From an uncultured bacterium (lineage in GTDB: Bacteria > Auribacterota > Erginobacteria > Erginobacterales > Erginobacteraceae): DNA of 64,000 nucleotides. A program made the translations under genes and the position numbers. Every line of letters begins with the position of its first letter. The first letter of the stretch is position 1. This document shows positions 51,290 to 61,507 of the stretch, in pieces. The notes under the pieces were generated by a model, which saw only the letters and a list, made by a program, of their open reading frames with translations, ran no database searches and had not been told where the DNA came from. The stretch is from contig CAWGIE010000010.1 in the NCBI GenBank assembly GCA_963822585.1, positions 96,001 to 160,000 of the forward strand, given 5' to 3'.

Positions 51290-51520
51290 TCAGAATGGCC
51301 AAACAAGAAATCAATGGAGCGGGCGATACTGATGAGACTGCTTTGCCGTTTTTGCCTGATTACTCAGCCCGGGATTGGGAAGTTGATAGGAGGAATAGAT
51401 TATAGCGCGATCAGCCAGGCGTGGAAAAGGTTGCGGCCGCTGATCCGAAATGGAGGGAAAAGTCCGAGCGGATATGCGAGCAATTTCTTCAAGTGTCAAG
51501 GGGAAAGATTTGCCCCCCCC
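51290..51520 (+). pseudogene. Remnant 3' end of a REP-associated tyrosine transposase-like gene
   Basis: ERAILMRLLCRFCLITQPGIGKLIGGIDYSAISQAWKRL HTH-like tail followed by aagatttgcccccc; no catalytic part. Confidence 0.5.
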
Positions 51521-51657
51521 ATCGTGTTCACGGTTAAGCTGGTCTTTTCAGCGATAATTTTATAAAATTATCATAATTGCAGTTGGTAAGAAGCATCAAT
51601 CGGTGAGCGATACGCCGATCGGAGCCTTTTATTAACCCGTTGAAAGAGGATTGCGCG

Positions 51658-53550
51658 ATGTTCTTTTCTCTTAGAAAGAAGCTTCTCTTGAGCTTCGGGA
51701 TCATCCTGGTTTTCGCCGCGGGGATCTGTGTTCTCGGCATACTGAATCTCCTGCGTCTCGGCTCCGCCAGCGACGCGATCCTCCGGGAGAACTACAAAAG
51801 CATCCTGGCCGCCGAGAACATGATCGACGCCATCGAGCGCCAGGACAGCGCGGTTTTGCTCCTGATCCTCGGGTATCGCGATGAGGGGCTGCCGCAGTTC
51901 CGGCAGAACGAATCGCAGTTCCTGCAGTGGCTGGCCCGGGCGAAGGACAACATCACCATCGAAGGAGAAAAAGCGACCGTCGATAAGATTGAAAAGGATT
52001 ATTCCCGGTATCTCGTCTCTTTTTCAACGTTTATGGAGGCTTTGAAAAGCGACCAGCGCAACAGCTCCGAGACGTATCATGAATCGGTCCTCCCCCTTTT
52101 CCGGTCGGTTCGCGACGCCTGCGTCGATCTTCGGGAGATGAACCAGAAAACGATGTTCGCCGCCTCCGATCGCGCGGGATACATCGCCCGGCGCGCCGTT
52201 GTTTCCATGCTGGCCATTGGTTTCTCCATCCTTGCCGTCAGTTTGCTTCTCAGCTTTGTCCTTTCGTATTTCCTGGTCCGGCCGATCAGGCAGTTGACCG
52301 AGGCGACGGGAAGAATCGCGGGGGGAAATTATGAAGTGTCCTTGTCAGCAACTTCGCGGGACGAGCTGGGCAAGCTGGGGCGCGAGTTTCAGATCATGAG
52401 CAGGAAGCTCAAGGCCTATCACGACCTTAACGTGGCGAGAACCGTTGCGGAGAAGCGCCGGAGCGAAGCGGTTATCCGCAGCATTGATGACGGAATCATC
52501 CTGGTCGACGAGGAATACAAGATCATCGAGATCAATCCCCGCGCCGCCGAGTTCCTGGGCGTTATCCCGGAGAGGGTCCAAGAGAAACATTTCCTGGAAG
52601 TGGTCAAGGATCGGCGGCTTTTCGAGCATCTCCAGCGGGCCGCCGAGGGCGGCGAGGTCAAGCCGCGCCGGGGCGAGGAAATGATTTATATCGTCACGCG
52701 GGACACCTCCTCACGGTATTATCGTTATTTTGTCACGCCGGTAAAATCCGAGGGGGGGCGGATGCTGGGCGTCGTGCTGCTTTTGCAGGATGTTACCAAG
52801 CTGAAAGAGCTTGACCGTTTGAAGAGCGAGTTCATAATGACCGCGTCCCACGAGCTGCGCACCCCGCTCAACGGCCTGGCGATGAGCATCAATCTCCTCA
52901 TGGAAAGCGCAGAGCAGAAAATGTCCGATGAGGATAAGGAGCTTCTCCGGGCGGCGCACGAAGAGGTCGAGCGGATGCGGGCGTTGACCAACGACCTGCT
53001 GGACCTCTCCAAGCTCGAGTCCGGCCGGGTGGAGATGCAATTCGAGCGTGTTCCCGTTTATCTGGTTTGCGAAAAGGCCTGCGTTCCTTTGAAGAAACTG
53101 GCCGAAGAGAAAGGCGTTGATTTGACCAGCGACGTTTCAAAGGATTTGCCGGAGGTCAAGGCCGACGCCAATAAGATCGCCTGGGTATTGACGAATCTTC
53201 TGGCCAATGCCCTGCGTTATACCGGGAAGGGAGGGCACATCCGGGTGGGGGCCGAAGCGGTGGGAAACAACGTCCACGTGTCGGTCACCGACGATGGCGA
53301 CGGCATTCCCCTTGAATCCCAGTCGCGGATATTTGACAAATTTGTGCAGGGGCAAGACTCCAAGACTGCCGGGGGAACCGGCCTGGGTCTCACCATCTGC
53401 AAGGAGATCGTGAAGGCGCACGGCGGGACGATCTGGGCGGATTCGTCCCCGGGCGAAGGTTCCGTTTTCACGTTTACACTGCCGATCATGGAGAAAAATT
53501 CAACCCCAAGGGGGAAACCCGATGAAGTCGAAGAAAACGCTGATCATTGA
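51658..53550 (+). CDS. Sensor histidine kinase (periplasmic sensor, HAMP, PAS, HisKA, HATPase)
   Basis: Two TMs, ASHELRTPL, NLLANALRYT, DDGDGI, GTGLGL. Confidence 0.93.
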   Translation: MFFSLRKKLLLSFGIILVFAAGICVLGILNLLRLGSASDAILRENYKSILAAENMIDAIERQDSAVLLLILGYRDEGLPQFRQNESQFLQWLARAKDNITIEGEKATVDKIEKDYSRYLVSFSTFMEALKSDQRNSSETYHESVLPLFRSVRDACVDLREMNQKTMFAASDRAGYIARRAVVSMLAIGFSILAVSLLLSFVLSYFLVRPIRQLTEATGRIAGGNYEVSLSATSRDELGKLGREFQIMSRKLKAYHDLNVARTVAEKRRSEAVIRSIDDGIILVDEEYKIIEINPRAAEFLGVIPERVQEKHFLEVVKDRRLFEHLQRAAEGGEVKPRRGEEMIYIVTRDTSSRYYRYFVTPVKSEGGRMLGVVLLLQDVTKLKELDRLKSEFIMTASHELRTPLNGLAMSINLLMESAEQKMSDEDKELLRAAHEEVERMRALTNDLLDLSKLESGRVEMQFERVPVYLVCEKACVPLKKLAEEKGVDLTSDVSKDLPEVKADANKIAWVLTNLLANALRYTGKGGHIRVGAEAVGNNVHVSVTDDGDGIPLESQSRIFDKFVQGQDSKTAGGTGLGLTICKEIVKAHGGTIWADSSPGEGSVFTFTLPIMEKNSTPRGKPDEVEENADH

Positions 53551-54223
53551 TGACGAGAAGAACACCCGGCTTACGCTCGGCCAGTGCCTGGAGCGGGCGG
53601 GGATCGAATCGGCCGCGGCGGTGAACGCCGAGGAAGGGCTGAAAAAGCTCGATGAGGATGAGTTCGGCCTCATCCTGCTCGATCTCAGGATGCCCGGGAT
53701 GGGAGGGATGGAGTTTCTGAAAAAGGTACGTCAGATTCGGCCGGATATCAAGGTCGTTATCATCACCGCCTACGGGACCATCGATCTGGCGGTAGAGGCG
53801 ATGAAGCTGGGCGCGGTTGACTTTTTGCAAAAACCCTTCACTCCCGATGAGATCCGCGAACTTGTGTCCCGGATTATGAAGCGGGAGACCCTGCAAAGTG
53901 GAAAAATTGACGATTACGAGACGCTCATCGAACTCGCCAAGCGGTCCATTACCGAAAGGAATTTCGAAACGGCCCGGGAGTATTTAAAAAAAGCGATCAT
54001 GAACGATCTGGCGAAGGCCGATGCGTTCGACCTGTTGGGAGTGCTCGAAGAGGTGTTGGGGAATAGGTCGGCAGCCCTGCAAAACTACCGCATTGCCCTG
54101 GCGAAGGACCCGACCTACGAACCCGCGCGAAAGAATCTCGATCGGGCGACCAGTTTTGAATCGGGTGACCCGAGCAGTTTGAAAGGTTCCCTCCGCCCAT
54201 CTCCCGGGGATAAAGTGGAGTAA
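53522..54223 (+). CDS. Response regulator with TPR-like output
   Basis: IIDDE, LLDLRMP, ITAYG, KPF; C-terminal TPR-like helices. Confidence 0.9.
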   Translation: MKSKKTLIIDDEKNTRLTLGQCLERAGIESAAAVNAEEGLKKLDEDEFGLILLDLRMPGMGGMEFLKKVRQIRPDIKVVIITAYGTIDLAVEAMKLGAVDFLQKPFTPDEIRELVSRIMKRETLQSGKIDDYETLIELAKRSITERNFETAREYLKKAIMNDLAKADAFDLLGVLEEVLGNRSAALQNYRIALAKDPTYEPARKNLDRATSFESGDPSSLKGSLRPSPGDKVE

Positions 54224-54226
54224 GCC

Positions 54227-54658
54227 ATGGCGGCGTTGAGTTACATCGTGATTATCGGCTGCGGCCGTCTGGGCTCCCTGCTCGCGAACAAGCTCAGCAA
54301 GGAGGGGCACAGTGTGGTTGTGATCGACAGCGATGAGAACGCTTTTAAGAATCTTTCCGAAGATTTCAGCGGTTTCAAGGTTTCGGGCAATGCCGCCCAT
54401 GCCGCCGTTCTCAAACAGGCGAAGGTCGATAAAGCCGACGTGGTGATCACGACCACCAGGGATGACAATATCAACTTGATGGTCGCGCAGGTGGCCAAGA
54501 CGGTTTACCGTGTCTCCCGGGTCATCGCCAGGGTATATGATCCGTCACGAGAGATTATCTACGGGGAATTCGGCGTGGAGACCGTTTCCCCCACCGTCCT
54601 GGCGGCGATACGGATACTCGGTTATGTGCGTGACAATCGCAAGAAGGAACAACTATGA
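54227..54658 (+). CDS. TrkA-N (RCK) domain protein
   Basis: IIGCGRLG, DDNIN. Confidence 0.9.
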   Translation: MAALSYIVIIGCGRLGSLLANKLSKEGHSVVVIDSDENAFKNLSEDFSGFKVSGNAAHAAVLKQAKVDKADVVITTTRDDNINLMVAQVAKTVYRVSRVIARVYDPSREIIYGEFGVETVSPTVLAAIRILGYVRDNRKKEQL

Positions 54659-55320
54659 GGACGATAATCGTAGGGGGAGAAAAGATAGCGTATTTCCTGG
54701 CGCGGGCCTTCATCGACAAGGGCTATCACGTCACGATTATCGACCGGGACGAAGAGGAATGCCGGAATCTGGCCCGCTCGCTCAAGGCAACCGTGGTCCT
54801 GGGCGAGGGGTCTTCTCCGAAGATTCTGGAAGAAGCGGGCGCCGCCCGCGCTCACGTTCTGATCACCATCACGCCTCACGATCAGGATAATCTCATCGCC
54901 TGTCAGATCGCTTCCAAGCGCTTCGGGGTGCCGCGAACGCTCGCCCTGGTCAACGACCCGGAGAACGCGGAGATATTTCGCAGGCTGGGCGTCTCCGCGA
55001 CGATATCTACCACCGACGTCATGACCTTGTTGATCGAGCAGCACGCCGATTTCGATGAGATCAGGAATTTGCTTCCGGTGGCGGAAGGCCGAGTCAATGT
55101 CACCGAGATAACGCTCAGCGAAAGCGCGCCCATCATCGGCCAAGCGCTTCACGAGGTTCCTTTGCCGGAAGGATCGCTCGTCGCCTGCATCCTCAGGGGG
55201 GCGGATGTGGTGGTTCCGCGCGGCGGCAGCCGGTTCCGCAGCGGCGATCGTTTGATCGTGATCAGCCTTCCCGAAAAGCAGGGGGAGGTGCTGCGTCTCC
55301 TGCTGGGCGATGCCAAGTGA
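54655..55320 (+). CDS. trkA: TrkA-family K+ uptake protein
   Basis: RCK N and C domains, DQDNL. Confidence 0.88.
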   Translation: MRTIIVGGEKIAYFLARAFIDKGYHVTIIDRDEEECRNLARSLKATVVLGEGSSPKILEEAGAARAHVLITITPHDQDNLIACQIASKRFGVPRTLALVNDPENAEIFRRLGVSATISTTDVMTLLIEQHADFDEIRNLLPVAEGRVNVTEITLSESAPIIGQALHEVPLPEGSLVACILRGADVVVPRGGSRFRSGDRLIVISLPEKQGEVLRLLLGDAK

Positions 55321-55332
55321 GGAAAGGAGAAC

Positions 55333-56820
55333 GTGCGCTACAAAGATATACTCAGGGGGCGTTACAGGGCTATTGCATGCTATACCGCTTTGATTCTTCT
55401 AATTGTGGCTGGCATAATCCTTTCTCCCCTCCTTTTGCTTATATTCAGGCCTGAAGAGCGTTTTCTTTCTCCGTGCTTCGCGATCCCGGGCGTCATTTTA
55501 GCCGCCTGCTCGGGCGCGCTGTGGCTGTGGCTGCGATCCCGCCAGCCGGTTTCTCTCAGCATATCTGAGGGAGGGGTGATCGTTGTCCTCTCGTGGCTTA
55601 TCGCAATGGTGGTCGGCGCCGTTCCCTTCGCCCAAAGCTGCGTGTCCGGTTTTACCCGCGCTTTGTTCGAGTCGGTCAGCGGGTGGACGACCACCGGCCT
55701 TACCGTGGTCGATGTAGCCACGGCCCCGAAAATCATTCTGCTCTATCGAAGCATACTTCAGTTCGCAGGAGGAGCCGGGTTCGCCATCATAATGCTGGCG
55801 TCCTTGACCGGGCCCCCCGGCATCGGCCTCCTCGCGGCCGAGGGCAGGTCCGAACAGTTGGCTCCCCACGTCCGCCGGTCCGCGAAACTGGTTCTGGGGA
55901 TTTACATTACTTATACGATCATCGGAATAGCGGCCCTCTCGGCCGCGGGCATGAGCCTGTTCGACGCCGTGAATCATTCCCTGTGCGCGCTTTCCACGGG
56001 GGGATTTTCAACCCGGGTGGAATCGATAGGCGCCTGGCGGAGCGTTTCCGTTGAAGCCGTCACCATCGTCCTGATGCTGCTGGGGGGCTTGAGCTTCCTT
56101 ACGAGTTACACCCTGCTTCACGGCCGTTTCCGGGCGGTCGCCCGAAACGGCGAGGTGCGGTTGCAGGCCTATCTCCTTCCCGTGGCCGCGGCCGTCCTGT
56201 TTTTATGCGTCGCGAAGGCCCTGTATCCGACGCTCGGGGAATCGCTGCGCGTCGCCGTTTTCGAGTCGGTGACGGCATTAACCACAACCGGTTACAGCAT
56301 CACCAGCTATGGCAAATGGCCGGTGATGGGATGGCTCGTCATCATCGCTCTCATGATCATCGGTGGTGGCGGGGGATCCACCGCCGGGGGCATCAAGCAA
56401 TTCAGAGTCTATGCTCTGGCGCGGGCCGTCTCCTGGGAGGTTCGGCGATTTTTCATGCCTCGGACCGCGGTAGGGGATTTTTCCGTCTGGCAGGGCGATC
56501 AGCGAGTATTCATCGAAAATTCCGATATTCGCCGCGTTGCGATATTTCTTTTCTCTTATCTGGTCATCCTGTTTGCGGGTACGTGCGTGTTGGCCGGTTA
56601 CGGTTATTCTCTGTCCGAAAGCCTCTTCGAATTCTCGAGCGCCCTGGGAACCGTAGGGCTTTCGGTCGGCGTGACGAATCCCGCCGCCCCTTCGGGGGTC
56701 TTGTGGACGGAAATGTTCGGGATGTTCTTCGGCCGCCTTGAGTTCTTTATCATTGTTATAGGCTGCGCCCGGCTTTTTTCCGACCTCCCGCGCCTGCTTA
56801 TGGCGCGTGACGGCTCTTAG
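55333..56820 (+). CDS. trkH: TrkH-family K+ uptake permease
   Basis: FESVSGWTTTG, STGGFS, GSTAGGIK, SALGTVG, GRLE. Confidence 0.93.
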   Translation: MRYKDILRGRYRAIACYTALILLIVAGIILSPLLLLIFRPEERFLSPCFAIPGVILAACSGALWLWLRSRQPVSLSISEGGVIVVLSWLIAMVVGAVPFAQSCVSGFTRALFESVSGWTTTGLTVVDVATAPKIILLYRSILQFAGGAGFAIIMLASLTGPPGIGLLAAEGRSEQLAPHVRRSAKLVLGIYITYTIIGIAALSAAGMSLFDAVNHSLCALSTGGFSTRVESIGAWRSVSVEAVTIVLMLLGGLSFLTSYTLLHGRFRAVARNGEVRLQAYLLPVAAAVLFLCVAKALYPTLGESLRVAVFESVTALTTTGYSITSYGKWPVMGWLVIIALMIIGGGGGSTAGGIKQFRVYALARAVSWEVRRFFMPRTAVGDFSVWQGDQRVFIENSDIRRVAIFLFSYLVILFAGTCVLAGYGYSLSESLFEFSSALGTVGLSVGVTNPAAPSGVLWTEMFGMFFGRLEFFIIVIGCARLFSDLPRLLMARDGS

Positions 56821-56866
56821 CGGTGGAGATCGCCGGAGTATAAGTTCAAAAGTTACATCAATCTCT

Positions 56867-56942
56867 AAAACAAAAACGGCCCCCGCCACCTTGCGTGGCA
56901 GGGGAGAAAGTTCAGAAGCTACAACCGGATTTCCCCACTCCT
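56867..56942 (+). repeat. Repeat 2 (also 50225-50312 and 57807-57863)
   Basis: ggggagaaagttca(a/g)aagct..accggat.tcc.cactcc. Confidence 0.8.
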
Positions 56943-57130
56943 CCCCGTTGCCCTCCCTCCTTTCCTTGATCGGGGGCACGACTGATTCGGCGAAACGCCT
57001 TATCCCTCCGAGGGAATGGGGATTGGATTTCAGCCATTTTCTTGACAATGGGTTGAAATATGATACCTTGATATTAATCTAGATAGTCTAGACAGAAGAT
57101 TGAGCAATTCATTACATTTTGGAGTCTGTC

Positions 57131-57382
57131 ATGAAAAAAATATGGGCGTTGCAGGACGCGAAAAATCGTTTCAGCGAAATGATCAATCACGCTATCCGGG
57201 AAGGGCCGCAGGTGATTACCCGGCGGGGCGATGAGACGGCGGTCTTGCTATCCATGCAGGATTACCGGGTGCTGGCGGAACCGGAAGGAAATCTGGTTGA
57301 TTTTTTGCGTTCCTCGCCCCTGATCGGCCATGATTTACAATGTGATCGGGAAGACGATTACGGCAGGGAGGTCGATCTTTGA
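57131..57382 (+). CDS. Phd/YefM-family antitoxin
   Basis: WALQDAKNRFSE, GPQVITRRG; upstream TTGACA and palindrome TCTAGATAGTCTAGA. Confidence 0.92.
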   Translation: MKKIWALQDAKNRFSEMINHAIREGPQVITRRGDETAVLLSMQDYRVLAEPEGNLVDFLRSSPLIGHDLQCDREDDYGREVDL

Positions 57383-57852
57383 AGTATCTTCTGGATACCT
57401 GTGTTATCTCGGAATTGGTAAGGAAAAAACCCGCTCTCCGGGTGGTTAAGTGGCTTTCGGAACAGGAGGAGCCGGCGCTTTTTTTAAGTGTTCTTACTCT
57501 GGGAGAGTTAGAGAAGGGGATATCCAAACTTCCCGGCGGCCCTCTCCGGCAACGGCTCCGGGAATGGGTCGACCGCGATCTCCGGCGGAGATTTTTAAAT
57601 AGGATTTTATCAGTCGACGGCGATGTGGCTGATTGCTGGGGGCGTCTTTCCGCGGAAACTGAAAAGAAAGGCCGTAAAGTTCCGGTTATTGATGGACTTC
57701 TTGCCGCCACCGCACTCACGTATGGTTTGACGCTGGTAACCAGAAATATAAAAAATGTGGAAACAACTGAGGCTCTTCTCTTCAATCCCTGGGGGGGAAA
57801 TGAGGAGGGGAGAAAGTTCAAAAGCTCCACACCGGATATCCCCACTCCGTAA
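57379..57852 (+). CDS. vapC: VapC/PIN-domain toxin
   Basis: YLLDTCVISE, DGLLAATA, LVTRN, NPW; C-terminus reads into repeat 2. Confidence 0.92.
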   Translation: MKYLLDTCVISELVRKKPALRVVKWLSEQEEPALFLSVLTLGELEKGISKLPGGPLRQRLREWVDRDLRRRFLNRILSVDGDVADCWGRLSAETEKKGRKVPVIDGLLAATALTYGLTLVTRNIKNVETTEALLFNPWGGNEEGRKFKSSTPDIPTP

Positions 57853-57912
57853 CCATGCCCGGCAGTCATACCACCGTAAGCGTCCGGTCAAGACACCCCG
57901 ACCTGGTACAAA

Positions 57913-58212
57913 ACCCCCGCGGCTCTTGCCCCGAGATAGCGAAGCTATTTTTCGGGGTTACGACGCGGGTGAATCAATTCAGCAGCTACCCATTCCGGAG
58001 TAAAGTAGCCGGCATGACCGCCGGCGTGGAAGTTCCTGCTCTCGGGTTCTTTCTTTTCAATCCAGCCGAAATTGGTTGCTGAATTGAGCCATAGTGAAAT
58101 TCACCAAGGCCGGTTTGTTCAAAACCAGAATCAGCCCCCGCAAGAATTTGGCTTGACCGATGAGAACATTTTGCTCAAATATAAAAGAAGAACTTCGGTA
58201 TAATATATTATT
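57913..58212 (+). repeat. Module B (attI-like end, GTT degenerate)
   Basis: Aligns end to end with C and D; ends cggtataat-atatt-ATT. Confidence 0.85.
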
Positions 58213-58277
58213 TTATTCCGTAAGATGAGATGAATGAGCCTATTGCCTCTGCACCTCCCTCATGGTAACGTATTCGT

Positions 58278-58601
58278 ATGTACAGCATGCTGGAACGAAT
58301 CAAGCGACTTGTTGATAGAGGTGAAACCCGGATCTCTGATCACGGTTACGACGAACTGGCGGCAGAAGGCCTTCTTGTTCGCGATCTTGTCGCCGGTCTG
58401 CGCAGTGCGGAATTATTGGAGGAGTATCCCGATTTTCCCAAGGGACCGTGCGTTCTCGTTCTTGAGCAGGACCGGAATGGAATGCCTGTCCATGCTGTGT
58501 GGGGCATACCCAGGGGTGAATCCGCGCCCGCAGTGCTTGTCACGGCGTACCGGCCAGACCCGGACCGCTGGTCAGATGATTATAGGAGCAGGAAAACATG
58601 A
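58278..58601 (+). CDS. DUF4258-family toxin-like protein
   Basis: ISDHG, EEYPD..GPCVLVL, PVHAVWG, VTAYRPDPDRW. Confidence 0.88.
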   Translation: MYSMLERIKRLVDRGETRISDHGYDELAAEGLLVRDLVAGLRSAELLEEYPDFPKGPCVLVLEQDRNGMPVHAVWGIPRGESAPAVLVTAYRPDPDRWSDDYRSRKT

Positions 58602-58813
58602 AGAGCAGACATCACATCAAACTGGTGCATGAGGGAGAATACGTGGCGGAGGTAGACGTGAACCTGGTCGAGACAGACGCAGGGTGGTCCCCCTACCTCT
58701 CCCTTGACGATGCGTATAAACTCGACGATGTACGTGACGCACTGCGGCGCGGCGACGTCCAGGCTGCCTCGCGCATTGCCCGCATCTTTACCCTCACGCC
58801 AGTTGCCGTATAG
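58598..58813 (+). CDS. Small partner (antitoxin-like) of the DUF4258 protein
   Basis: ATGA overlap; KLVHEGEYVAEVDV..WSPYLSLDDAYKLDDVR. Confidence 0.8.
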   Translation: MKSRHHIKLVHEGEYVAEVDVNLVETDAGWSPYLSLDDAYKLDDVRDALRRGDVQAASRIARIFTLTPVAV

Positions 58814-58819
58814 AACTCC

Positions 58820-58898
58820 GGAGAACAACCACTGAACGCGACAAGTGAAAGGCCGCGCTTCGCTTGCCTTTCCCTTACACGTTAGGTGAACGTTAGGC
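58820..58898 (+). other. attC site
   Basis: GGAGAAC..CTGAACG / CGTTAG..GTTAGGC with an extrahelical base; directly after the stop codon. Confidence 0.75.
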
Positions 58899-59041
58899 AT
58901 CGAAGAAGAAGTTATGTTTTCAGAATCGTTCGCTTGTGCGCCTGATTTATAAGATGAGCCGAAAACGCCAACCGTGTACCTAACCGGACGCCCGGGCTTT
59001 TTCGACCGCCTCCGAAAAGCCGGCGTCATCGCTTCCCCCTT

Positions 59042-59352
59042 CCCCCAGACCCCCGCGGCTCTTGCCCCGAGATAGCGAAGCTATTTTTCGGGGTGACGCC
59101 ACGGGTGAATCAGTTCAGCATCTACCCATTCCGGAGTAAAGTAGCTGGCATGACCGCCGGCGCGAAAGTTCCCGATCCCGGATTTCTTCTTTTCAATCCC
59201 CCCGGAATTGGTCGCGTGAATTGATCCAAAGTGAAATTTGCCAAGGACATTTCGGTCAAAATCAGGGATAACACTCATAAACTTGTCTTGATATGTCGGA
59301 ATCTTTCTGCTGAAATATAAAAGAAGAACTTCGGTATAATTTATCTTATGGT
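59042..59352 (+). repeat. Module C (attI-like end)
   Basis: Ends cggtataat-ttatc-TTATGGTTATG. Confidence 0.88.
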
Positions 59353-59366
59353 TATGAGGATAAATA

Positions 59367-60098
59367 ATGCCTTTGCCACCAGACAAAAGGATAAAGTTTT
59401 TTGTGTTCGTCATCGAATCCCCTTCTCCTGTTGATCTGTATCATAGGCGAAGCGAGGCGGAAATAATCAGGCAAGCTGTTTATCTAAATAAGATTCCATG
59501 TATAGTACGCACAGCAGTAAACCTAGAGGCATTTGAAGCTTCTCTGAAGATCGGTCTCGCGGAGGAAATGAAACGTTATGGAGGACTGATCCCTATTCTT
59601 CATATCAGTGCACACGGATATAGCGAAGGCATCCAGCTTTCAGACAATACAGTGATACCCTGGGCCAATCTTAGACAATTCCTTGCTCCTATTAATACTG
59701 CATTGAAAAATGGTCTACTTGTTTGTTTGTCTTGCTGTGAGGGGTATTCTGGCACTCGAATGGCCATGTTTATAGAAGACAAAGGCTATCCATTCTATGC
59801 AATAGTAGCTAACTCCGAAAAACCTCTTTGGTCAGAAACAGCTGTTGCGTATTCAACTTTTTATCACTTACTTTCTAAAGGTGAATTCATTGTCGATGCA
59901 GTTAATGCAATGCGAATAGCGTCAGGAAACAAGACTTTTTGGGTAGAAACTGCAGAGCAATCTAGACAAGGTTATCTAGAATACATCAGGAAAGTCAACG
60001 TTCCTGATGCCCAAGAACAACTTGAAGAAAAAGTGTCACAGGAAGAACCAACCCATCTTGCAATGCTACGCAAGGTTGGGGAAGAGATAAAGCCATAA
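59367..60098 (+). CDS. Caspase/CHAT-fold-like hypothetical protein (gene cassette)
   Basis: PILHISAHG and LVCLSCCEG motifs; stop codon lies within the attC R''. Confidence 0.65.
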   Translation: MPLPPDKRIKFFVFVIESPSPVDLYHRRSEAEIIRQAVYLNKIPCIVRTAVNLEAFEASLKIGLAEEMKRYGGLIPILHISAHGYSEGIQLSDNTVIPWANLRQFLAPINTALKNGLLVCLSCCEGYSGTRMAMFIEDKGYPFYAIVANSEKPLWSETAVAYSTFYHLLSKGEFIVDAVNAMRIASGNKTFWVETAEQSRQGYLEYIRKVNVPDAQEQLEEKVSQEEPTHLAMLRKVGEEIKP

Positions 60099-60151
60099 CG
60101 AGCTAATCCCCCGGACTCTCGTTCCTCGGGTCGGTGATCTTTGCGTTGAGC
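60093..60151 (+). other. attC site
   Basis: CCATAAC ... GTTGAGC, imperfect internal stem. Confidence 0.7.
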
Positions 60152-60218
60152 CGTCGCTCGCGCGTTGGCTCAATATGACGCTGCTTTGCCAGCGTGCGGA
60201 TGATCCTTACTTTGTGCG

Positions 60219-60309
60219 GCCCAATCATGCTCTGGATCCTTCATCAGTCGCAAGGCGCCTCATTTTCAGAGTGGGTCCGCTTCAGTCGAGGCTCAGCGCC
60301 ACGTTAGAC
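60219..60309 (+). other. attC site of ORF-less mini-cassette
   Basis: GCCCAAT ... ggctcagcgccacGTTAGAC. Confidence 0.7.
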
Positions 60310-60319
60310 GAGCAAGAAG

Positions 60320-61252
60320 ATGAAAAGAAAGCTTGAGAAATCACTGCAGGCAAAACGTGAATCGAAGCACATCGATTTTAAAGAGACCTTTGATCCAGCA
60401 TCCAAAGCTGATTGGTGCGAGATATTGAAGGACATAGTCGCAATGGCGAACTCAGAAGGAGGAGTAATTCTGATTGGGCTGAATAATAATGGAAACCCCA
60501 CCGGATCAGATGTGTCAGATATACTACAACTGGATTCAGCCTGCATTCCCGATAAGATTTATTCATACACAGAAATTCATTTCTCAGATGTGGAAATCTT
60601 GGAACTACATAAAGGGGGATACCAATTGGCGGCAATCGATATCGGTTCTGCCAAAGTCCCAATGGTTTTTGCAAAACCCGGCACCTACGCCATATCAACT
60701 AAAGAGCAGAAAACGGCTTTCAGTCGAGGAACGATTTACTTCAGACACGGGGCGAAAAGCGAACCTGGTAACACGGGGGATCTCACTAATGTGATGGAAT
60801 ACCGACTAAGGGAAATCAGGAAGGAATGGATGGCTGGTGTGCGAAAAGTTGTCCAGGCACCAGTTGGATCAAGTGTCAACATTCTTCCCCCTGATGTGCA
60901 TGAAACAGATTCGCCACAGGCAACCCCGATTAGAATTGTTGACGACCCGACTGCTCCCAGATATCATATTGTGGATCCAAATAAAACACATCCACATCGT
61001 CAGATGGATGTAGTCAAAAAACTGAATGGAAGGCTGAAGGGCAGAGATCCCATCAAGTCATACGATGTTTTCGCTGTGAGGCGAATGCAGGGCACAGATA
61101 AGCAGATCAAGTTCTACTATAAACCTACTTTCGGGTCTCCTCAGTATAGCCCAGCATTCGTTGAGTGGCTTGAGACATGCTATTATAAAGATCCCGATTT
61201 TTTCAAAAAGGCACGCAATTTTATGTCAAAACAGCAGAGGAAAATCATCTAA
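60320..61252 (+). CDS. AlbA_2 (Schlafen-like) domain protein with an additional C-terminal domain (gene cassette)
   Basis: RESKHIDFKE, KDIVAMANSEGGVILIG, IYFRHGAKS; C-terminal DPNKTHP..QYS..FVEW. Confidence 0.85.
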   Translation: MKRKLEKSLQAKRESKHIDFKETFDPASKADWCEILKDIVAMANSEGGVILIGLNNNGNPTGSDVSDILQLDSACIPDKIYSYTEIHFSDVEILELHKGGYQLAAIDIGSAKVPMVFAKPGTYAISTKEQKTAFSRGTIYFRHGAKSEPGNTGDLTNVMEYRLREIRKEWMAGVRKVVQAPVGSSVNILPPDVHETDSPQATPIRIVDDPTAPRYHIVDPNKTHPHRQMDVVKKLNGRLKGRDPIKSYDVFAVRRMQGTDKQIKFYYKPTFGSPQYSPAFVEWLETCYYKDPDFFKKARNFMSKQQRKII

Positions 61253-61303
61253 CAAACGGCTACAGTGGACGGCTCACATCCGCCGTGATCCGTGGCGTTG
61301 CTT
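61247..61303 (+). other. attC site
   Basis: ATCTAAC overlapping the stop codon ... GTTGCTT. Confidence 0.7.
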
Positions 61304-61335
61304 CGCCAGCGAGTTGTCGGTCCGCGCTTCACGCG

Positions 61336-61425
61336 GCCCAACCACACACTGGAGCTTACGCCGGTCACTGGCCCGCTTCCTCTGGGGTTGGTTCACTCCT
61401 GTCGAGGTTTAGCGTTACGTTATAG
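61336..61425 (+). other. attC site of ORF-less mini-cassette
   Basis: GCCCAAC ... GTTATAG. Confidence 0.7.
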
Positions 61426-61507
61426 TTACTTCTATGCTTTTAAATACGGTAACACCGCACCGAGTTTCATTTCGTCGACTGGGGTGGAATCGAAGGAGGT
61501 ACTGACG

